Shown one piece after another: positions 12,513 to 27,124 of a stretch of 64,000 nt of DNA. Position 1 is the first letter of the stretch. Each line of letters starts with the position of its first letter. The translations under genes were made by a program, and so were the position numbers. The notes beneath the pieces are model-generated. The model saw only the letters and a list, made by a program, of their open reading frames with translations. It was not told the origin of the DNA and did no database searches. The stretch comes from Cladosporium halotolerans. Lineage: Eukaryota. The stretch spans positions 434,001 through 498,000 of the forward strand of contig NW_027191457.1 in assembly GCF_011745625.1 (NCBI RefSeq), written 5' to 3'.

Positions 12513-13028
12513 ATGGCCGCGCCGCGCCACATCGCAATGCGCGCCGCCCGCGCTCTCGCATCTCCCAGGACTCTCTCTTCCGCCACGACGACGACCATCC
12601 GACACGCCGCTCTCACGCCTCGAGCAGTTGCACTGCGCCCCGCTGCACTCTCCTCCTCTCCCATCAGAACCTACTCTTCAGCGCCCTCCGACGCCGCCCC
12701 GTCCGATGCTGCTCCCTCCCCACCCGACTACCTTGACGCCGGCGAGCTGAAAGTCTTCAATATGCTGCTCGAGGGGCTGAAGCCCACACGATTGGAAGTG
12801 AGTTGATCTTCGTGTTCAAAGGGTTCGTTCCGTCTGGCGCAATACTGACAGCAACGCGAACAGGTCCAAGACGTCAGCGGCGGCTGCGGCTCGATGTACG
12901 CGCTGGACATTGTGTCGGAGAGGTTCGCGGGCCTGCCGATCGTCAAGCAACACCGGCTGGTGAATAGTGTGCTGGGCGAGGAGGTCAAGAAGTGGCATGG
13001 CGTGCAGATGAAGACGAAGGCGCCCTGA
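12513..13028 (+). CDS. BOL3: Mitochondrial BolA-family protein (Bol3/Aim1/BOLA3-like); exons 12513-12797 and 12864-13028
   Basis: Arg/Ala/Ser-rich presequence-like N-terminus. Intron GTGAGT...CTGAC...CAG gives LKPTRLE|VQDVSGGCGSMYALDIVSERFAGLPIVKQHRLVNSVLGEEVKKWHGVQMKTKAP*, with the BolA3 SGGCG and HG motifs. Confidence 0.92.
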
Positions 13029-14198
13029 TCTTGAGGATTGGAAGGGGAGAAGGGGGGATGGACAGGGAAAGTTAGGAGTGGGATAGTGCGGTCTCGGTTG
13101 ATGGACGGTATTGGGGTCTATGCAACAAGACGAGTATACAAGAGAGTGTGGATTTGGGGCTCTTGAGATGGGATCTCGTATGAGGCCATGCGTGGCGGGG
13201 CTTGGGACAAGCGGATTGTGTCGAATTGCATGGCTTTGCGCTTCAGAGGATTTGGATGCATTGCAGCTGGATTCGACTTGATTGGCCTACCGTTTGCGTG
13301 GATTGAGGTTGCCTGTGTAGGATATAGGCCGGCTGCTGAGCTCAGAAAGAGGCACGGCTACGTGTATACATATCTCGACTTTTGCACAATTCCTCTAGTC
13401 TGGAGAACCAATGGCGGCGGAAGTTAGGAAAGGTGTGCATGCGTCAATCATGGATCGAGAACAGTGATTCCAGCAGATCCACATGGAGATCTAGAGTGGC
13501 ATTGCGTCGAATCGAATCTGGCGTGATTGACAGACCCAATGCTTTCCTCGAAACGCCGCGCTGGAGCGATTGCATGGCTGCTGAATCGTAGCCAGTTTTT
13601 TGTCTGTAGACGGGATGAGAAAACTCTTCTTCACACGTGCTGTGCTTTACCTGATAAACATAGATTGTTCAAGCCCGGCTGCGCTTTTCTACGCCATCCA
13701 CAATGGCGTTTTCCGGCGTTTCCTTGGGCGTCACAAGGCACGAAAACGGCGTGTGCGACGTTTCTGAATATTGAGGTTACGCACGAATGAATCGTCTTTC
13801 GCAGGATTAAGGTATAACGCGTCTGGGTGTTTCTTGATTCCTAAAGGAAAAAGTGATGTTGTTACTGTCACAGTTGCTGTCAGGCTGAAGAGAGACTAGC
13901 GTGGCCAGCACGTGTGGACGTCATGATGCAGCGCCCAACTCCGGGGCAAGCTCCAATCTTCAATCAAGGCCTGGAGCACCAGCGTACAGCACTCCATACT
14001 GGACACTGCAATTACACACTTCCGACGACCGCGTACATCCAGGGGAAGACCCTTCGATCATTGCGCAGGTACACTCTCAAAATACCTTAGGGTCATGGAC
14101 AGGAGGTAGACGCGCGCCATCCCGTCTCAACGCCAGCCCTGCCTCCTCCCACAACTATACAGCCTACGCCGACAACACCTCAACGTACCCGTACAGCC

Positions 14199-15908
14199 AT
14201 GTCGGAAACATCACCTCTGCTGGACCGCTCCAGCGAAAGCAGTAGTCGTCCAGTCCCAAAGGCCACCCGGAGCGTGACTTTCAATCCTCAGGTCTCTACT
14301 GCCAGCCCTCCTTCAAGAAATCGACCCGGCTTTCCCTCGTCGTCCTCCAATTCCACCAATAGCATACAGCAAAGTACACAAAACCAGCTGCGAGATGGCT
14401 CTCAACCGATGCTGTCCGCGCTCAACAGCAAATTACGACGGAGGAACAGCTCCGGCGCGCCGCTGCAGCTACCCGCGGCACACGCCGGCGTCAAGATTGG
14501 ACCACAGAGGACGTCAGTCAGGACACAAAAGTTGAAGCTACTGCCCAACCCTGAGCTTGGTGAGGACGGACCGGATGATGAGAGTGGCAGAGATGTGTAC
14601 AGCCAGTTCACAAGGATCAAAGACCCGACTGCACGACGCGATGCAGCGAGGCTGGGGAAGGACGACAGAGACAAGCTACCGCGTGTGACTGCATACTGCA
14701 CAGCCAGCAGCTACCGATTGGACGATCTAATGCGCTTCCTGAAGGGCAGGTCGAAGACTAAGAGCGCACATCCGAAGCTGTTCGACGAGTGCATATACTC
14801 GCCCTACCAATACCGAAAGGACGGCGAAGGTAGCAACCGGCGGAGAGGCAGTGCGTCAGAACAGGCGGAGGTACACTCGCAACCGCAAAGGCGGTTCTCT
14901 GACAGTGCTATTGAGGTGGAAGAGAACGCGGAACGCAGGAGGGAGGATCTGATTGATCTCCAGTCTGAGGCTGATTCCTCAAATCTTGCCGTGGCGAGTC
15001 ACACAACCGAGGATGCTACACATGCCATTGAGGAGGCACCAGAACTGTTAGAACGCCCCATGACAGCCGACTTCGACACCACGGTCCACGTGCCCGAAGT
15101 CTTCCTCTTCGAGTACGGAGTTGTCGTGATTTGGGGCATGACAGTGAAGGAGGAGCAACGCTTCCTGAAAGAGATCGCAAAGTTCGAGCAAGAAAAGCTC
15201 AGCAAAGATGATGTTCAGACGGAGGAGTTCAATTTCTACTACACCCGCGAGTACCAGGCTCGCATTTATAATGATTTCATTTCGCTGCGCGAGAAGAGAA
15301 ACTACATGACCAAGCTGGCCATCAGCCACGCTCTGGCACAAAGCACAAAGGTAGGACCCTTTGCACAGAGAAACATCGAGCGAACATACTGACGCATATC
15401 GCAACAGACATCTCTTTACGAAGATCTTGTCGACGCAACAATCACCACCACACAATCCATCCCCAGCACCATTGCCCGCACAGGCCGCATCAACCTCACC
15501 CGCCGCGAAATCAACATGCAGATCGGCGAGCTCTTCATTTTGCGCATCAACATCCACTTGCAAGGCTCCGTCCTTGACGCGCCGGAGCTCATGTGGGCCG
15601 AGCCCCAGCTCGAGCCCGTATACCAGGCCGTGCGGAGCTACCTGGAAATGGACCAGCGAGTAGGTCTGCTCACGGAGAGACTCGACGTCATTGCCGATCT
15701 GCTGCAGGTTTTGAAGGATCAATTGACGCACACGCATGGTGAGTAGGCCCGGCTATTGAAAGGCTTCTTTTGTCTAAGAGAATTCTGGCTGACTTATTTA
15801 CTCCAATCAGGCGAATACCTCGAGTGGATCGTCATCGTTCTCATCGCCGCCGAGATCGTCGTCGCGGGCATCAACATCCTCGTCGACCTTTACGCCGGCG
15901 TGGACTAA
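14199..15908 (+). CDS. RMD1: Rmd1/Sif2-like DUF155 protein; exons 14199-15350, 15408-15738, 15811-15908
   Basis: LPRVTAYCTASSY, EVFLFEYGVVVIWGM, ARIYNDFISL, KLAISHALAQSTK, SVLDAPELMW, RSYLEMDQRV, and C-terminal TM segment GEYLEWIVIVLIAAEI. Two canonical introns. Confidence 0.9.
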
Positions 15909-16348
15909 TCATAAATTGCGACATCGGCGACCGCAGGGCCCAAATGAGGAGCTTGTTGATGTTGTCTGCTCAGTGTAATCTATATTTTCACAAAGGGGGA
16001 AAATGTACAGAGTACCGACGAGAACAAATTGATCTTGCGTGAGAGCGCGGCGTCAAATGGCGTAAAGGGCTGGGCAAGTGGTTCCGGGCGGACATGTATT
16101 ATCTGGCGCTTTTGGGGGTTTTCTATAGCTCTTTCTGTCTAGAGCTGTCGAATTGTAACGGTTGTATTCGAACGGATCCGCTTCTCAAGTCTTGTGCGCT
16201 TGCGAGCGTAGAATGCCTGACTGTAAAGAGCACGCTGTTTGTTCATGACGGAAAGGCAGTGGCAGCAGCGTCTCAATTAATGCGATACTGGCTTGGTGAC
16301 TTGACAAATGAAATCCTGTACAGGTTCTATAGCGCCCGACCCTCTGGA

Positions 16349-18168
<1,820 letters not shown>

Positions 18169-18771
18169 CATACCATTGCTGTGTATTAGCGATCGCCTCC
18201 AATACTATTGTCCAAAGGCTTCAAGGTGGGCCGGTAAGTGAGAGGTCCATACGTGTCCCCGTGACTTCGCGATTGAGTTTAAGCTCAGTTACACGCCGGG
18301 CCAGCCCGTGCCGCTTCGCTTGTGTGGGCGGCTCCCCGAGTCAAGTCGCAAGCGAGAAATATCCCACGTCCTACACGTTGAATGCTACGCGACTAGTCTC
18401 TCATCAGCAAAGTCATCCTTTGGTTCAAGAATATTCATAACGTTGCTTTGTACTGGCAGTCGCCCCATTGCTCTGCTGAAGATGATTTGCGAAATGCGGG
18501 TGGTGATCGGCCCCCAACGCGTCACGCCTCCTTTTCGGGCGTATTCACGCACGATTACGGGTCACCCCAGGGTCTGCTACAGTCTGTGCAAAGCATGATG
18601 TGCATCCTTCGATATGGTTGCAGCACCCTTGTGGGTACATCATTGTGGTAGAGTATTACATTTCTTCCCTCACTTTACTAGTCTTCCCCTTGACGAAGGC
18701 CATTTTCGTCCTGGCCATGCACCTTGCCGCTCATTCCTAGCACTTGATTCACCTCTGTTCCCGGATCCAGC

Positions 18772-20634
18772 ATGTCACCGTTTCTTCGTCGCTGGGTTCT
18801 CTTTTGCGTTGTTTTCTTCGCTTCACTTTCTCTCTATCTCAGGTTCTACTTATCGCCGGATTCAGACGTAGATCGCCTATTCGAACCGCATTTTCTTCGA
18901 CCAGCATTCAAATGGAGAGATCTCCCAATTCAGCACCCGGTCTCCAGCTTTACCCAGCTTCCTACGGGACCTTCGGCCGACATTCCTAAGGTGCAGCATA
19001 CATTTGAGAAAGAGACAGGAGATGAAAAGATCGTTAGGCAGTTGCGCTTGGATGCAGTGAAGGAAGCTTTTTTGCACTCATGGGAGGGTTATAAGACTGG
19101 GGCATGGATGCAGGATGAAGTCGCTCCTTTGTCCGGTGCGCCCAAGAACACCTTTGGAGGATGGGGAGCGACGCTGGTGGACTCACTGGACACTCTTTGG
19201 ATCATGGGTCTCACGAAGGAGTTTGAGCTTGCCGTGCATAGTCTGAAGGGAGTGCATTTCGTGTCGACACCACTGGACAAGATCAACGTCTTCGAGACCA
19301 CCATTCGCTATCTGGGCGGATTGCTGAGTGCGTACGATGTCAGTGATCACCAGTATCCCGTCTTGCTGGACAAGGCGGCAGAGCTCGGAGATTTCTTGTA
19401 TGCAGCGTTCGACACGCCGAACAGAATGCCAGTAACGAGATGGAATTGGCGAAAGAAGGCAATGCAGGAGGACCAGCAAGCGGAAATACGCTGCTTGGTC
19501 GCAGAGTTGGGATCCTTAAGCATGGAGTTCACTCGGTTGACACAGCTCACCGGTGATCCGAAATGGTACGACGCTATTGCTCGCATCACGGACGTCTTTG
19601 AGCAGACTCAAAATGAGACAAGGGTTCCAGGTCTCTGGCCAGTCTGGATTGGTGCGAAAGATAAGGACTTTCACTGGGACGCGACATTCACGCTGGGCGG
19701 GATGGCTGACTCCGTCTACGAGTACCTGCCGAAGCAGCACCTAATGCTCGGTGGACAGACGGAACAGTACCGCAACATGTATACTACCGCTTTTGCCAGC
19801 GCGCAAAAGAACCTCTTCTTCCGTGTTCTGAACCCGGGCAACAAGGACATTCTAGTCCCGGGAACCCTTTACGGCCGCTCCGGAAAGAGGCGCCAGAGCA
19901 TTGCTTCAGGGCAACACCTGACTTGTTTCGCTGGAGGAATGGTTGCTCTCGCATCTCGTATCTTCTCTCAGCCAGAAGAGCTTGAGGTTGCCCGCCAGCT
20001 CGTCGAAGGATGCCTTTGGTCGTACGAGAGTATGCCCACCGGCATTGGACCCGAGGTGTTCACGCCTGCAACTTGCGGAATGGACGTGTCGTCCACCGAG
20101 GCCGGCGAAGATGACTGTTCTTGGAGCGAGGAGCGCTGGTACAAGGCGATCCTTTCTCACGACAACTCGAAGGGCGACGTAGAAAATCTCGCTGAGCGCG
20201 CCCAGACCGTCATCCAGGCAAGGGGAATCCCGCCTGGCTTCATATCCATTGACGATTCGCGCTACCTCCTTCGTCCGGAAGCGATCGAGTCCGTCTTTGT
20301 GTTGTACCGTGTCACGGGCGATAAGACGCTCCAAGACCGCGCGTGGAAGATGTTTACTTCTATCACTGCGGCAGCGAAGACGGATATTGCTTTCGCGAGC
20401 TTGAAAAACGTCGCAGCAAAAGAACCGGAGCTGTTCGACAGCATGGAGAGTTTCTGGACGGCAGAGACACTGAAATATTTCTACCTGATCTTCTCGGAAC
20501 CGGACGTCATTAGTCTCGATGACTATGTCCTGTAAGTGTTTATTGTTGCGTGTTGAAACTGAGGAAATTGTCATGCTAACCGTTGGCACAGGAACACTGA
20601 GGCACATCCTTTACTTAGACCGAAACCTTCATAG
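18772..20634 (+). CDS. GH47 class I alpha-1,2-mannosidase, type II membrane protein; exons 18772-20531 and 20592-20634
   Basis: N-terminal TM segment; GGWGATLVDSLDTLWIM, VFETTIRYLGGLLSAYD, AELGSLSMEF, DSVYEYL, HLTCFAGG, YLLRPEAIES, MESFWTAETLKY. The final intron restores VLNTEAHP. Confidence 0.93.
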
Positions 20635-20992
20635 GCAGATACAGTCAACGGGATACAGGACATTTGTAGGACTATGTTACTTCAAAAATTACACCAATAC
20701 ATTATAGACCAATGAACAGTCTGTGCGAGATTCCTACGTTGGGTGAAGCATTGCAATCGCGTAAGACCACCTTGTGAGACTTGCAAAAGAGACGCGGCAC
20801 ATCGTTTTATGGTTTGCATCTAGCTCATCCAATTTCTGAATATGAATGCTTCTCGATATCATTAATCGAGAGTTACATCATTTGAATCCTGGAAGACATC
20901 CATTGACCGAAAGCCGATGGCCACCTTGATGGCTTCAGAGCCTTATTTATTGTCAGCTTGACGCTCCTTCATGAACAGGGCCTGCTATACAC

Positions 20993-21565
20993 TTACTTGC
21001 TTTGCACACCCTGCTTCTTCGCAACGTGTGCCGCAATCATGTCCATCAAATCCGGGCTCAGACAGTCATAGCTCGGGAGCCCCAGCTCTTGGAATCGGGA
21101 CCTAACTCCACCCATCTTTTGCGGGTCAAACCCTTGCTCAATGATACTGCTCACGAACGCGGCAAACTGCGGCTTCTGCCAGTCCTGCTTCGTCCCAAGC
21201 TCAGTGTGAACGAAGTCGAGGCCCTTGAAAGCATGGTCCGCCTCAATACGGCCGAACATGTGCACGCCGCAGCTCTTGCACGCGTATCGCTGGATGGCGG
21301 CTGTGGAGTCGACGACGCTCAGCTTGGAGCCGTTGGCGGCGACGCGGAGCTTCTCGCGCGGCACGACGCCGACGATGGAAAAGATTGCCCCTTTCGGCTT
21401 CCAGCACTTCGAACATCCGCACGCGTGGTTGAAGGCGACGTTCGACTCGAGCGTCACTTCCACCGGCTGCGAACTGCACTTGCAGCGAAGCGTGCCGCCG
21501 GTGCCGCTGTCTGATTGCTGCTTGATTCCGCTGTCGAGCGTCGGGTGCAGCTGCGGAGACGCCAT
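20993..21565 (-). CDS. gfa: Glutathione-dependent formaldehyde-activating enzyme (S-(hydroxymethyl)glutathione synthase, Gfa), 190 aa, intronless
   Basis: ATG at 21565 ([13 protein letters not shown]); [65 protein letters not shown]. Confidence 0.93.
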   Translation of the reverse strand: MASPQLHPTLDSGIKQQSDSGTGGTLRCKCSSQPVEVTLESNVAFNHACGCSKCWKPKGAIFSIVGVVPREKLRVAANGSKLSVVDSTAAIQRYACKSCGVHMFGRIEADHAFKGLDFVHTELGTKQDWQKPQFAAFVSSIIEQGFDPQKMGGVRSRFQELGLPSYDCLSPDLMDMIAAHVAKKQGVQSK

Positions 21566-21647
21566 GGTTGTTTGGGATTCGTGAGCGATCGGGCTTCGAT
21601 CCTGGGAGTCTGCGTAACGAGCAAGAGACAGTAAGTGAGACGAATGA

Positions 21648-23142
<1,495 letters not shown>

Positions 23143-23262
23143 TCGGATGTGCCAGGCAGGCTAGATCGATAGTAGAGTCAATGTTCATGACATCTGCATA
23201 TCAAGGAATCGTTCTCCATTGCGGGGACGCATCGATACGCCTATGCCAAATGCCCGGCTTCT

Positions 23263-25244
23263 TTACCCTGTGTCTCCTAGCCTCATCAACCCAGGCAAAG
23301 CGTATCTCACCTCACCCTTGCTCTTCTCAAAATTAAACCCAGTCAAGCAATGCCCAGCACACTTGGTATAAGGGTAGCAGGGCCCCTTACTCAAATACTC
23401 AACAACCTCAATCCCACCATCAGACTCATGCAGATACCTCGCACACACCAGCCTGCAAACCGGACGATTCAAATCGTCTCCAGCCGCACGCGTGATATCC
23501 GCAAGTCGAGTCGCCTCCGGCACCTGTCCGCAATCCAAATCGCCACACGAGCTCCCGGTAAGAGCTCGCGCGCGGTCCTCCTCTATCCTCACAATGTTCC
23601 CGGCGATCTGTGCCGTAATGGTGCTAGACCCGATGCCCTCGCGCCGGTTCGCGTCCGCCATGATCTCGACTGCCCGGTGGCGAGTGGACGACGTGCGGCT
23701 TTTGAGTGCAATCAGGTACAAGGCAGGGAGGATGCCATCCTCGAGGCAGAACCTGTCGTCCTGGCCGTTGCCGTACATGGATCGTGGCTTTACGGGGCGG
23801 AATGGCGCGGTCCAGGGCGCGAGGTAGCGCTGGGCGAGGTCTACTGTTCGAGAGAAATCGGGCTCGAACTGGTCTGTGGTCGTCTCGTGTGTCTCCCTAC
23901 ATGTTGCTAGGGTGAAGAGTGATGTCCAATGGCGGACTTGTAGGAGCTGGAATGCACGTGTGGTCTGCGGGTCAGGGCTCGCGAAGTGCCTGGCGAATGC
24001 TGTTTTCCACTGATCGTGTGCTTTGAGAAGGTTTCTGATGCCAGTCAAGACCGTGCTACCAGCTTTGACGACTCTGCTCGTACAGGTCGCCAAGCAGTAG
24101 CGAGTCTCTTTGTCAAGGGAATCGCCATAGGAAGCGACCACCTCTCGATCGGCAAGCCTGTATAGTTCACGTCTGAGCTGCGTGCTTGCGTCAATTAGGC
24201 GGTCGAGCTGTGCCCAAGCGTTCACCAATGGATTTGAAGGTGCATGTAGTGTGACCTCTGATATCTGTTCCCTGCTATCAGGCGTCGTTTCGACGATGCT
24301 CTCATTCTCAGCCAGTGTAGACCCGAAGCTCAATTTATCAAAGGCATTTGCTAGCTGCTCCAGAGCATTTGACCTCTGCACTGGCGAAGCAAGGGACCTT
24401 GCCCTCGCATTCAAATGCTTGTAGGCAATCCTACGACCCAGCAAGAGATGCCGCAAAGCCATGCTGCTATTCTCAGCATGTAGCTCAAAACACATGAGCA
24501 GAATGCACGCCAGCAGCACTGGCTCCACAGGTGCCTGATCCTCGAGAACACGCCTAATCTGCACGTGTAACGCGGCGATCGCTTTGCTATACTGAATCAA
24601 TGCCTCGTTGTGCATTTCCGGCCGAGTGAGTCCTGTAAAAGCGGCGTGGCTGACGCTGGCGATTGCGAGGTTGGCGCTGCTGAGAGCGGCTATGCCGTGG
24701 AAGACAGCTTTGGAGACGAGGCTGAGCTGGAGGGCCTGTTGGACCCAGCCTTTTGCGGGAGACATGATGTCGATTGGATCGGCCATGCGGATGCGGAAGA
24801 AGTCGAAGACGCTGCGCTCGAGGGCTGTCGTTGAGAAATGGAGATTCGTCGGTGGAGTTGTAGGTCCGGGAGTCTGAGGTGATGTTGAGGCAAGTCTTGG
24901 AAGTATCGACATGGTCGTCTCCGGGGATGAGGAAGCATTTTCACTCGCTTTAGAAGGGCTCCTTGACTCTGTGGCGGGTAGAAGTCGACGAGAGGTTGCA
25001 GCCCGGCTGGCAGCTATGACGGGGTAGCCTTCGCATTGTCGGCCGGCGGATGTACATTTGATACATGCAGGGCGAGTTTCATCGCATTTGACGCGTCTCG
25101 TTCTGTGAATGTGTCAGCCAAATTTGGTTTCTAAGAACGACCGGGAAGCGAACAAGGGATGCGATACCGACACGTGCGGCAGCCATTCCTAGTTGGCTTC
25201 GATGTAACGACTCGTCTTCGCTTGGAATTTCCTTGGGCATCCAT
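23263..25244 (-). CDS. Zn(II)2Cys6 transcription factor; exons 25244-25168 and 25102-23263, about 638 aa
   Basis: The ORF track misses the N-terminus. Splicing out 25167-25103 (GTATCG...CTGAC...CAG) gives MDAQGNSKRRRVVTSKPTRNGCRTCRTRRVKCDETRPACIKCTSAGRQCEGY, a complete C6 cluster in frame with the 549-aa ORF (ERSVFDFFR...LLACILLMCFEL...RREG). A further intron near the 3' end cannot be excluded. Confidence 0.88.
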
Positions 25245-25732
25245 TGAAGCAGCGGATGCTACAGAGTAGCGACATCATGCTGACCAGCAACACGTCGTCT
25301 CCATAAAAGTCGCGTACATATTGCGAAGCCCGACGGCGCTTCAGCAAGCGAGCTGACATGAACTTGCTTAGGGTTAGGGTTGGGGATGCTAGTAAGACTA
25401 CTGGTGTACTCAATGTAGGCACTTGCATCACACATGATCAACAATGTGAAGGAACGGCTACATTCTCCAATAGTGAAGATATCCTTCAGCCTAGTACTTG
25501 GCTGTCAACATGGAAGAAACGTCGCTGTCTCACACCACAAACTTGAGAGACAAAAAGATGACAAGACTCTAGATTTCCATTATCCTACGTCAAGATCCCA
25601 CTCTACGTACCAGATCCGTTGTGCTGAGTCCAACAGACCTCATCATAAAAGAAATGTATGTACCGGAAATTACGAAAAGGGAAGCAAAGCTCGACCACTG
25701 CTTTCACTAGATCCTCCACTCGACCAACGTCT

Positions 25733-27124
25733 CTACACCAGCTTACCACCCTTAGCCCTGCAAATAGCGGTGCTCGACGCCGGCGCCCACTTCGTCGTCT
25801 TCGTGACGGTCGGGCGCAGAGTGATCGTCTTGGTGGTGCGGGCCCAAGTGTACCTCGTCCTGGTCTTCGTGGGCGTCGGCTAAGGCATTCAATCAGCATG
25901 TGCAAAACAGAACAACGACTGGGGAAACTCACCAAAGTGACCGTCGCGATCGTCCTCGTGATACCCTTGTACACCGTGCTCGTGGTCGTCTGGACGACCG
26001 TGGTCGTCGACGGCACGACGTTGACGAGCGTCACCGTGCTGCTGAGCGTGGTGTTGACCGTGGACTTGCCGAACAGGTCGGTGTTCGTCTCGAAGACGGT
26101 CGCGATCTCGCTGTCGAGGCCGCGCTTCTCGAGCTCGTCGTCTTCCTCCGCCAGGCGAGCGGCGCGCTCGGCGAGGCGCTCCGCGCGGTCGTTGGAGACG
26201 CGTCGGAAGGCGTCGCGGCGGCCGCGGGGCTTGGGCGTGGTGGTCGGGACGGCGTGCGGGCCTTCGGAGAGCGCTGCGGCGGTCACGAGTGTCGGCTGGA
26301 TTGTGCACCAGGGGTCGCGGGTGCGCTGGCGGCGGGGGACGCTGCAGGTCTTGGTCTTGGTTTTGGTGACGATGGTGGGCTCGACCTTAAAGCGTTTCTT
26401 GGTGACGGTGCCCAGGGTCTTTGTCTTGGTTGTTGTTGTGCGCTTGGGCGTTATCTGGACCTTTGTTAGATCATAGCGCGTTCGTGGGGGAAGGGAATTA
26501 CGTACTGTGACGGTCCGCGATTTCGTGTAGGCAGGGGAAGTTATGAACTTCGTCTGCGTGGAAAAGTCGGTTTCGACCTGAGTCGACGTGACGTTTGTTG
26601 TGGGAGTTATCGTAGCAGTGATCGTGACGGTGGGGGTGACCTGATCCGTTAGCATTTTTGCAACTAGGAGGCAGAAAACGTGGTGTTCTTACAGTGGTGG
26701 TAACGGGGATGCCAACAGAGAGGGAGAAGTCTCGCATGTACGCGATCGGCTCGCCTTCATCTCCATTATTAGAAATGATGATAACCGACCACGGTCCGGT
26801 CCAAAGTTGGTTCTTCTCAAGAGGGCAAGTCGCCATCTGGTACACATCGTCGGGTGTCAATGCAGTGTCGCTGCACAGGTATTCGTCTCCATTGGGGTCG
26901 ACCAGAATGTTGTTGGCGAAGTCTTTCTTGCATCCCTCGAATGTCGAGACGAATGTAAAGGGGTCTGAGGATGAGATGTTCTGAAAGTATTTTCCCTTGT
27001 CTTGGAAATCGATACCGAACGATTTGCAAGGGTTGTCGTAATCCGCATCATCATGTTGCTCTTGTGCACGAGACCTGCTCGCCGAAGCGAGGAGTGCGAT
27101 TGCTGGGGGGATAAATGAACGCAT
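25733..27124 (-). CDS. Secreted Thr-rich protein of unknown function; exons 27124-26693, 26640-25933, 25879-25733
   Basis: Signal-peptide-like MRSFIPPAIALLASA; Cys-containing acidic N-domain (CKSFGIDFQD...FEGC...YLCSD...TCP...WSVIIISNN); Thr/Lys-rich stalk; dibasic ELEKR site; ends ICRAKGGKLV*. Two canonical introns. Confidence 0.8.
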
